DNA from: Octopus vulgaris
Taxonomy: Eukaryota
Length of the DNA: 64,000 bases
Reading direction: 5' to 3'
Assembly: GCA_951406725.2 (NCBI GenBank)
Contig: OX597816.1
Span: 12,896,001-12,960,000, forward strand
The translations under genes were made by a program, and so were the position numbers. Below the pieces are notes generated by a model. It was not told where the DNA came from. It worked only from the letters and a program-made list of their open reading frames with translations, and did no database searches. Below are positions 54,503-64,000 of the stretch, piece by piece (within the stretch, counting starts at the first letter, position 1; every line of letters starts with the position of its first letter).

Positions 54503-54894
54503 AAACTCTACCTACTCTCTCCAGCGTTGCCGTGAGCGGTACAACATTTGTACGATGTGGAGAATATACCGCCAACTTTGCCCAAACGACCTGAACATTA
54601 GCTTCAAGGTTCATCCAAGACTGGGACCAACAGGCCCTGCCCTATTTAACATTGTCCCGAAAGAGATGAAAGAGGAAAAGGCTCCCATCAACTTTAAACG
54701 GAGTCTGGATAGATTCCTTCAAAGAATACCAGATAAGCCACCCATATTTGGATACAACTCACCCAACAAGAACTCACTACTTGAATGGACCATAAACAAA
54801 ACTTGACTTAAACAGGATTCAAATAATCCTATCAGGTGGTGCTATTAAGTTAGACATGGCCTGGACCAATCTTTGGTCGAAACATATCTAAGTA
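54501..54894 (+). pseudogene. CR1/L2-group LINE 3' end (ORF2 C-terminus and 3' UTR)
   Basis: [37 protein letters not shown]. Terminal catggcc..gacc/ggtc hairpin, then gaaaca. A ~30-bp flank is duplicated at 54361 and 54897. Confidence 0.8.
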
Positions 54895-54991
54895 TATATA
54901 CAAAATGTATATCTAGATGATGAGTAAAGCACCGGCACAGTTTTGATTACCTGTTTTTATCTGTAGATTTGCTGCAGGATAACAACAGGTA

Positions 54992-55026
<35 letters not shown>

Positions 55027-55457
55027 AATCTTTTGTGACCATTATTTCAATGAGCTTGTTAAACTTTTTTATATTCTCAACATACTCTTGTCACCAAAGA
55101 ATGTATATTCATATGGATTATAGTACTCTGTGTCAACCAATATTCTGTGCATGTTTGAATATACAGATGCAATACCAATATCCATTCCTTCTGGAAACTA
55201 TCTTAAGCATGTCCTTGAGAACGATCATTTATGTAGTAATCTTTTCTCCCCAATATTTTAAGGAACTTTTTGAACTTTTTTATGTCCTTAACATGTCCCT
55301 GTTACCAAAGACTGTATATATGTAATGTAGCAATTTGCAACAACCAATAATTAACGCAACCAAACTTCTACATGTTACTTTTGACAATCTTTTTCCAAAG
55401 AGTGAAACCGGTAAAGTAAATAAACATCTTTTAAATTGCATTTTCAAACCTTCTTTC

Positions 55458-55609
<152 letters not shown>

Positions 55610-55883
55610 ATTTTTATATATTTATATATATATATATATTTATATATATATTATATTTTACTTGTTTCATTTCAGTCATTAAACTGCGGCAATACCCCGG
55701 CACCACTTGCAGAATTTTAGTCTAATTCTTTTACTTACCCTTCTTAAAATCTGGTATTTATAGTATCGGTTTATATTTGTCAAACCGTTACGTTACGCGA
55801 ACCTAAACTCAATGTCAGATGATAAATCGTCATATGTATGCTTTACAGCAAAATTGGAAACGGTAATTGACATATTTATTCTT

Positions 55884-56310
55884 AGTGGCTATGTGGTAAG
55901 TAGATTTCTTACCAACAATATGGTTCCGAGTTCAGTCCCACTGAGTGGCACCTTGGATGAGTGTCTACTGCTATAGCCTCGGTCTGACCAAAGCCTTGTG
56001 AGTGGATTTGGTAGAGATTTGGTAGAGAGAAACTGAAAGAAGCCTGTTGTGTATATACATATATATATATATGAGTGTGTGTGTGTGTATGTGTGTGTGT
56101 GTGTATTTGTGTGTGTGTGTGTGTCTGTGTTTGTCCACCCACCGACTCTTGACAACTGATGTTGCTATGATACGTCCCCATAGCTTAGCAGTTCGGCAAA
56201 AGAGCCTGACGCAATAAATACTAGGCTTACGAAGAATAAGTTCTGGGGTAGGTTTGTTCGATTGAAGGCCGGCAGGACCGCAGTCACTTGACTCAAACAA
56301 ACAAAAGACT
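55884..56310 (+). mobile_element. Diverged SINE family A
   Basis: Head through tail, diverged. Confidence 0.8.
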
Positions 56311-57179
56311 AAAGGAATAAACAATAATACGTTCCGACAGGTTTGAATGCAAATACACTAATCGCTGGTTTGTTTCATCACCGGATAACAACTTCTCTTT
56401 TGTAACGAAGATGTACTCATACACAGTCGATTCATTAATAGGAGTGACTGTAGGACAGCCGGTGTTTCGACATCGTTCGGTCTCGTCGAAGCACGGGCTA
56501 TCCCAGGGTTAACTGCGTTAAGAAATCGAGGGTTTTAAACACGCATTCGTTCTAAATGATTAGCTGATCTGCTGCGATGAAATGCAGCTGCGATTGGCGT
56601 ACTCACATTCGAATCCATTCGGCAGAACAATTTAGGAGTAGATATGCAAGAAACAGATTCACATACACGCGCGCGTGCGTGTCTGTTTTTGTCATTCCAA
56701 TTAGCAATTTTGTACTTTGATTAATTCCCTTTAACTGCATTGTAGTCTCACATGACATTTTTCTAATACTTTCAGTATTTGCATTTTTAACAGATAACTT
56801 CGACAAACATCTTAAGTACTATGGATTTTGTGTGGGATGCCGTGTTAAGGTATAACTTATCTGACTAACAATTGTAAATTTTAGATCTCCGAATTGCCAT
56901 GAGAAATATACGGCAACATATTTAATGGTTTAAAAACCTCCTAAAGAAGTAAGCCATTTAATAACGCTATTCAGCGCGATTGTATTTAATAACGGAAAAG
57001 GAATAAATAAGGCTCATTGAATAGAATGCCTGTTGTGGCAAACTTGCAGGGAATGCCATACACCAAAAGTCTATTGTGGAATTTATCCAAGAAATATTTA
57101 TGACTGAAAGTTGTAACAGAACAACACAAGCCATTTTTATTACCATCGATTGTTTAGAAATGGATTGATTTGTGAAACC

Positions 57180-57192
57180 GATACTACTACTA

Positions 57193-57225
<33 letters not shown>

Positions 57226-57241
57226 ATACTACTACTACTAC

Positions 57242-57318
<77 letters not shown>

Positions 57319-57427
57319 TTGATATTAAAGATAATAATTATAATAATACAATAATAATAATATGATGATAATAATAATAATAATAATCATAATAATAATA
57401 ATGATAATAATAAGAAGAACAAAAATG

Positions 57428-57458
<31 letters not shown>

Positions 57459-57551
57459 TAATAATAATAATATTGATATTAAAGATAATAATTATAATAA
57501 TACAATAATAATAATAATATGATAATAATAATAATAATAATGATAATAATC

Positions 57552-57609
<58 letters not shown>

Positions 57610-57752
57610 TAATAATCATAATAATAATAATATTAATAATAATAATAATAAGAAGAAGAAGAAGAAAAGAAGAAGAAGAATAACAATAATAATAATAATA
57701 TTGATATTAATGATAATAACAATAATAATACAATAATAATAATATTATGATG

Positions 57753-57813
<61 letters not shown>

Positions 57814-57825
57814 TAATAATAATAG
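57180..57825. repeat. (ACT)n then (AAT)n compound repeat with a higher-order unit
   Basis: aatattgatattaa(a/t)gataataa recurs at ~57314, ~57468 and ~57697. Confidence 0.95.
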
Positions 57826-57951
57826 TAAATCGTTATCCTTAATACGGTAAAATTGATCAATATATATGTGTGCGTGCGTGTGTGTGTGTGTGTGTGTCTG
57901 TGTGTGTGTAAACTAATAAAAAGACATTCAATTAATCAAAGAATACCAGAG

Positions 57952-57988
<37 letters not shown>

Positions 57989-58309
57989 CCCCAGAAAAAA
58001 AGCCTAATAAACGAACGATTGAAAAGGCCTACTTGATAGGCTTTTCAAAGACTACACAAAAGAAAGACTAAGAGGTCTGTATGCAATAGACCTTAGCCAT
58101 AGCAACCGGTGCTGTAATAAATTATTACATTTTCATTATTGGATCGTGAAAAGACAAACCGACTGGGAATCAATGGCGTTTGATTTTGTCTTTTTGCTCA
58201 GCTGCAGAGCTCATGTGATTTATTGTCGAGGTTCTTGTGAATGTCTCCGTAATCTGTCATATTTTACAGATACACCACTTAAAGAGAACTTTATGGGCAC
58301 CACCCCGCG

Positions 58310-58712
58310 TCCGTCGTCATCGCCGTCCGTTATCCACTGCGAACCTTTGTGCTCGTTGTCATTGTTGTTCTTGTCGTTGTCGTTGTCGTCGTTATCATAA
58401 TGTTGATCGTTATCGCAAACATCATCATTGTCATCAGCATGGCCGGCGTCGTCGTCGTCGTCATCAATGTCATCGTCTTCGTCATCGTCATCGCCATTAT
58501 CATTGTCATCATCATCGTGGTCGACACCATCGTCATCGTTATCATCGTCATCATCATCGCCATCATTCTCTTCCTCATCAACATCATCATCACCAATCAT
58601 CATTCTCATCATCCTCATTCTCATCATCATCATCATTCTCATCATTCTCATCATCATCATCATCATTCTCATCATCATCATCATCAATCTCATCCTCATC
58701 GTCATCATCATC

Positions 58713-58747
<35 letters not shown>

Positions 58748-58960
58748 TCTCATCATCATCATCATCATCATTCTCATCATCATCATCATTATCCTCACCA
58801 TCATCATCAACATCATCATCAACATCATTTTCATCATCATCATCATTTTCATCATCAATTTCATCTTCATAATTATCCCAATCAACGTCAATATTATTGT
58901 TACTGCCATCATCATCATCATAATCATCATTTTTTTTCTCCTTCATCATCACCATCATAT
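58310..58960. repeat. (CAT/CGT)n degenerate repeat
   Basis: Direct reading. Confidence 0.95.
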
Positions 58961-59117
58961 TCCATAATATTACGTTTCTTAATATAATTATCAAACAAGC
59001 CACATCCCCTTCCCTAACATGAACAGCACCTACGACAGCAGAAGCAGCAGCAACAGTATCATCATCATCATCATCTACATCAACATTAACATCGTCATTA
59101 TTTCGTTCGTAAAACAT

Positions 59118-59518
59118 GGCGGCGAGCTGGCAGAAACGTTAGGACGCCGGGCGAAATGCTTAGCGGTATTTCGTCTGCGTTACGTTGTGAGTTCAAATTC
59201 CGCCGAGGTCGACTTTGCCTTTCATCCTTTCGGGGTCGATAAATTGAGTACCAGTTACGCACTGGGGTCGATGTAATCGACTTAATACCTATGTCTGTCC
59301 TTGTTTGTCCCCCTCTGTGTTTAGCCCCTTGTGGGTAATAAAGAAATAGGTATTCTCTCTGTCTTTACGTTCTGAGTTCAAATTCCGCCGAGCTCGACTT
59401 TGCCTTTCATCATTTTGGGGTCGAAAAATTAAGTACCAGTTGCGTACTGGGGTCGCTCCAATCGACTGGTCCCATCTCCAAAAATTTCCGGCGTTGTGCC
59501 TAGAGTGGAAAAGATTAT
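59118..59518 (+). mobile_element. SINE family B dimer (tail i, then tail ii)
   Basis: Layout is head, body, tail i, body, tail ii. Confidence 0.92.
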
Positions 59519-59701
59519 ATTCTTTTTAAATCATAAACAATCTCATCACAAGCCAACACTTACCCACCCACCCCCAATCATCGTCGTCTTCGTTGACGTA
59601 GTCATCCTCATCATCATCGCCATTGTTATAAACATCATCATAGAAATCATCTTCATCATTATCATCATCATCATTATCATATATATATGAATATATATAT
59701 A

Positions 59702-59755
<54 letters not shown>

Positions 59756-60332
59756 CACACACACATATATATATGTATATACATATATACATATATAAAT
59801 ATGCATGTATATATGTACTTATATATATATATATATATTAGGCATATATATGTTTATATATATATATATATGTATATGCATATATATATACACATACACA
59901 TACATACCCACACAGACGCACACACACACAGACACACACACACACACACACGTATATATAGATAGATTGGAGCATGGTCGAGAATGAAACTGAACGTGCC
60001 CGAAGGAAAATTGAAAGTGAAAATTTTGACAGAGAAGTCTTCGCAAATAGCAAGAACACATCCAGTGCCAGCAATGAGGCTATGACATTTTGCCAGTGGA
60101 TTGAAACATGACAGAGCTAAGATCTGTAGACATTAATGTATTTGGCCCCGGAAATTTGTCGATTCTAAGTAAGAACAAATATGAATAACAAATTAAATTG
60201 GTTTTTTTCTCTTTTTTATAGAAGGAACAAATTCCGTTTCTTATCCTGGACCAGATAAAACACGATAACAACAATAGTAATAAGAATAATAACAAAAACA
60301 ACAACGACAACAATAACAATGATAATAATAAT

Positions 60333-60622
60333 ATGGAAACAGAAGTAACTAGAATTGGAGCCTAGAAGCAGAAACAATTCCTATTATAGTAGGCGCATTA
60401 GGTATGATGAAAATTATTCAGAAAAAATCATAACAAAATTACCAGGACTTACAAATATATATAACATACAGAAAATTGCACTACTGGGCACTGCCCACAT
60501 CCTACTTATAACACTTTCAGTACAGTGAAAATAAGAGTGCCACAACAAAATACAGCACATACCCAAGGCACACACAGCTGCGCTCTGTAGTGCAGTGAAA
60601 GCACGTGATAAAAATAAGGCTA

Positions 60623-60627
<5 letters not shown>
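60333..60627 (+). mobile_element. Third 3' fragment of the Dong-like LINE, in (TAA)n
   Basis: Reverse complement of ~17692-17985, more diverged. Followed by (TAA)n(GAA)n. Confidence 0.88.
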
Positions 60628-60702
<75 letters not shown>

Positions 60703-60714
60703 TAATAATAACAA

Positions 60715-60745
<31 letters not shown>

Positions 60746-60802
60746 AAGAAGAAGAAGAAGAAGAAGAAGAAGAAGAAGAAGAAGAAGAAGAAGAAGAAGA
60801 TT

Positions 60803-61012
60803 TCTATGGAATAGCATGAAATACTGCAGAACGGAATTGACAGCAGGGAAGCAAGTACTAGACGAGGTTTAAAAAAAGGGAGGAATCTCCCAGGCCACAG
60901 TGTGTCCCCACTAATATTCGTACTGGGAATGATCTCCTTCAGTGAAATACTACAGATAACAAAGTTGGGATATGATCTGGATAGAGGTAAGGGAAAAATA
61001 AACCACTTGCTA
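60803..61012 (+). pseudogene. Internal RT fragment of another Dong/R4-like LINE
   Basis: ..SVSPLIFVLGMISFSEILQITKLGYDL..KINHLL parallels DTLSPLLFGLALLPLSDML..ISHLL of the main copy. Confidence 0.7.
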
Positions 61013-61096
61013 CACACACATCGCCCGGTCTGAGATTCGAACCCACAATCCCTTGCTCGCGAGTCCGCTGCTCTAACCACTAGGCCATGTGCCTCC
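61013..61096 (-). mobile_element. SINE family C-like tRNA head
   Basis: Reverse complement GGAGGCACATGGCCTAGTGGTTAGAGCAGCGGACTCG..GGGTTCGAATCTC. Confidence 0.8.
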
Positions 61097-61679
61097 AATA
61101 CTAATAATAATAATGGTTTCAAATTTTGACACAAGTCCAGAAATTTCGGTGCGACGGAAGTGGATTTCATCGACCTCAGTACTCGGCTTGTACTGATTTC
61201 ATTGACCATGGAGGATGAAATGCAAAGTCAACCTTGGCCAAATTTCATTTCAGGTCGTACAGCCTGTGGAAGTTCGGCCAAGCCTTTTCTTCGACGGGTA
61301 ACGATTTTTCCAGCTCATAATATTAAAGGTTCATAATTCATGGTTTCCAATTTTGGTACAGAGACTGTGAAGATTTCGATGGGAAAATGAAGTCGATTAC
61401 ATCGATCCTAGCACTCAACTGGTACTTATTTTATCTACTCCCAAAGATCGACCTAGGGGTAATTTTAACTCAGGGCGTAGAGACAGATGAATTTCCGCTA
61501 AGCAATTTGCCTAGCGTAACAACGGGTTTTGCCAGTTCGCTGCCGTAAGACATCATAAATAATATGACCAATATCCTGCAAGCAACATCAAGATTAAAAA
61601 TGTTGCAGAAATTCAAAAAGATGATCTCTATAAGTTACAGCTCGTTTATTGCAGAAGATATCATTTTATTCAATAATAT

Positions 61680-61950
61680 TCAATGGACCTTCTAAGCACG
61701 TTTTGCATACGACAAACATGTAGCATCCTTTGTTCTCTGGACAGGCGCTTTCCAGGTGTCCTTAGGCTATCGGCGTGTATTTCTGTAGAATCTTTTTTCT
61801 AGTTTTAGTTCCACAATATCAATTAGTAGAGTGTCCCCATCGTCTAAGTCATCCATCATACGGCTGTCGTTCTTTTCTCTAAAGCTCAAAACAGCACTTT
61901 CGCTCATTAAAACGGTTGCATGTTTTTTATCATGCGGCAAAACATGTGCG
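61680..61950 (-). pseudogene. Possible hAT transposase remnant
   Basis: Frame pieces LSFRE..DDGD..IVEL and HLES..ATCLS weakly resemble the hAT LAFRG..GNFL..EL..HL..TYLS region. Confidence 0.3.
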
Positions 61951-62514
61951 TGTTGTTTTTAACGCTGATGTTCAAATTGATCAAATTGACATTTTTAACT
62001 ATAATCATTACTTTCTCTGTGAACAATGGGGGGGGGAGGCCTTGCTGTGAAATGGAATGTGTTCTGTTAATTTGTTCAATTTGTTTTTACTTGTTTTGGG
62101 GAGGCGTTACTCTGACGAGAAACCATCTTAAAAATGTGTGTAAACAGAAACAGCCAAAATAAAAATTATATCCATGTATAACGGATATTATGTCGGAGTA
62201 AGGTGAAGACACATTTTTTTCATAGTAACACACATTAATAAAGAAATAAACACAGCAATATTAATTATTTCTCCTCTAGGCGCTAAACCCGAAATTTAAG
62301 GGGAAGGACTACTCGATTACTTCGACCCCATTTCGCTTCACTGTCCTTGCTGCATCAAGCCACTGAAACAGTTCTTTTTCGAAGACGCCCATGAATCACA
62401 GATACCGGAATGAATAATAAAAAAAAAACCCACTTCCTTCTAGGAGGGAAAATATAACAGTTTGGTTAGATTGTTTGCACCAGTTGTCTAACCAGGGCAT
62501 GATTCACATAATGG

Positions 62515-62806
62515 TCATCATCATGATTGTTCGACCGTGGTCGAGACAATAGAATTTACCATGCTACGCCAGACTTCACGGTCCATCATGGCATTACGGA
62601 GGTCCTGTTGCTGGATGCCTGTATCCCTGGAGATTACATCAGGGTAGGAGAGTGTGCGCCCTCTGGTATTGCGAATAGATGGCTTCCAGAGGAGATGAGT
62701 AGAAATTGCCTCATTTTCAGCTCTACAACAATGTCCAGCAAACTGGACTCTCTTACCTTTCATAAGAGATGACACAGGTGGTAGTTTCCCATATATTTGC
62801 ATAATG
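62515..62806 (-). pseudogene. RTE-group LINE 3' end with a short (TGA)n tail
   Basis: QIYGKLPPVS..QFAGHCCR..LLWKPS..GRTLSYPDVISRDTG..AMMDREVWR. Confidence 0.85.
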
Positions 62807-63351
62807 GTAGCGCATCTATTCGTGCATCTGAACTTCATGTGTTTATCTTTATCTTGATGCAGCTTCTTTAAACCATTCGTCAGTTGGTTTGGTTATTTGC
62901 ATGTTATATATGTTCTACTGCACCTTTGCATAGTCTTTGAATTTCTATGACAGCGGTTTGATTCGTACTGGATGTTGGGTCTTCCTTACTTGAATCGGGA
63001 CCCCTGTCATGACAGACAGATTGCTTCTCCGCCACCAGAGAGGCGCTCATTTTCACGAAAGAAGGCCCTTTTTTTTTTTCGCCGATTAACACCTCACAAG
63101 GTTGAATTGAAATTCTCTTAATGTAAGTTTTAAGCTTCTTCCTGCTTTTTCATTGCCTTTAACGACTTCTTGCTCTGAAACATATTTTAGCTTTCTGTTT
63201 TCTTTTTTTTTTGACAAGCCTGCATATTATTTTCCTAAGTGAACAAGATGGTACTGGTGTGACTTAGTTCTTGCCGCTGTTGGTTTTACTGTGGACGTTT
63301 TACATTATTTTTGCCGAAGTCAAAATGACTGAAACAAGCAAAAGCATAAAA

Positions 63352-63387
<36 letters not shown>

Positions 63388-63433
63388 TGCACACACACAC
63401 ACACACACACACACAAACATGCACACACACACA

Positions 63434-63656
63434 CAGGGTGGGCAAAAGTCACCCGACAGTAAATCAAAATTTCATAAATACTGAATATTCATTCCAGTTA
63501 TGAATGTTTAATAATTGAATGCTGTAAGCTAAATCATCGCTTTTTTTTACATTTGTCTATTTATTAGCGAAGTCTCATATAAAATAATTTTTTTTGTTTT
63601 AATCTTGAAATTAAATAGACTTTGATTTACTGTCAGGTGACTTTTGGCCAACCTTT
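63434..63656. mobile_element. Tc1/mariner-type MITE (~220 bp)
   Basis: ~35-bp TIRs cagggtgggcaaaagtcacccgacagtaaatcaaa and tttgatttactgtcaggtgacttttggccaacc. Confidence 0.85.
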
Positions 63657-64000
63657 TATATAATATCTATGCATTTATATATATAGAATTTCGTATGCGT
63701 GCGTATATGTGCGTATATACATATGTATATGCGTGTTTCTATTCACGTTCTTATTCGTCTGTTACAACGTGCAATATACTTATAAACGTTGATTACAAAA
63801 GAAATCCGTGTCAAACTAAGTTTAAAATAAACTTATGAAACAAACCAATTTCCAAAGAATGTTTAACATGAACTTTAATTTCAGGTTTGATTCTTAGTCG
63901 ACAAAATGAAAGATTCTCTCAGTTATTTATAGTGGCCAACGGCAGCGAGTTGATAAAAATATGTCGGACATGAGACTAAATTCGTTTTATTAATTTTGTA

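Noticed and set aside
58205-58310. Possible small exon after ttttacag
   Set aside because: No good donor site, and the sequence runs into a trinucleotide repeat.

Overview
This is AT-rich, microsatellite-dense eukaryotic DNA with no recognisable host protein-coding exon. It is probably a large intron or intergenic region. The SINE families and repeat landscape look like an octopus (coleoid cephalopod) genome; that is an inference from recognising the repeats, not a search result. Almost all long ORFs in the track are translations of simple repeats. The real coding signal comes from transposon debris: a 2.5-kb 5'-truncated R4/Dong-type LINE (RT, CCHC, RLE endonuclease) sitting in (TAA)n, RTE and CR1/L2-group 3' ends, mariner and possible hAT remnants, and a Penelope GIY-YIG tail. 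Three abundant tRNA-derived SINE families (here called A, B and C) and several MITEs are present, often nested. The observations most worth a second look are: (1) short (TA)n-embedded elements carrying minimal type-I hammerhead-ribozyme motifs with covarying stems; (2) a U6 snRNA fragment fused to a SINE/LINE-type 3' tail inside a MITE; (3) a modular SINE with two alternative 3' tails that forms ~183-bp tandem arrays, with a candidate donor LINE 3' end in the same window; (4) two long near-perfect fold-backs that could form dsRNA. Coordinates were read by eye and may be off by a few bases.
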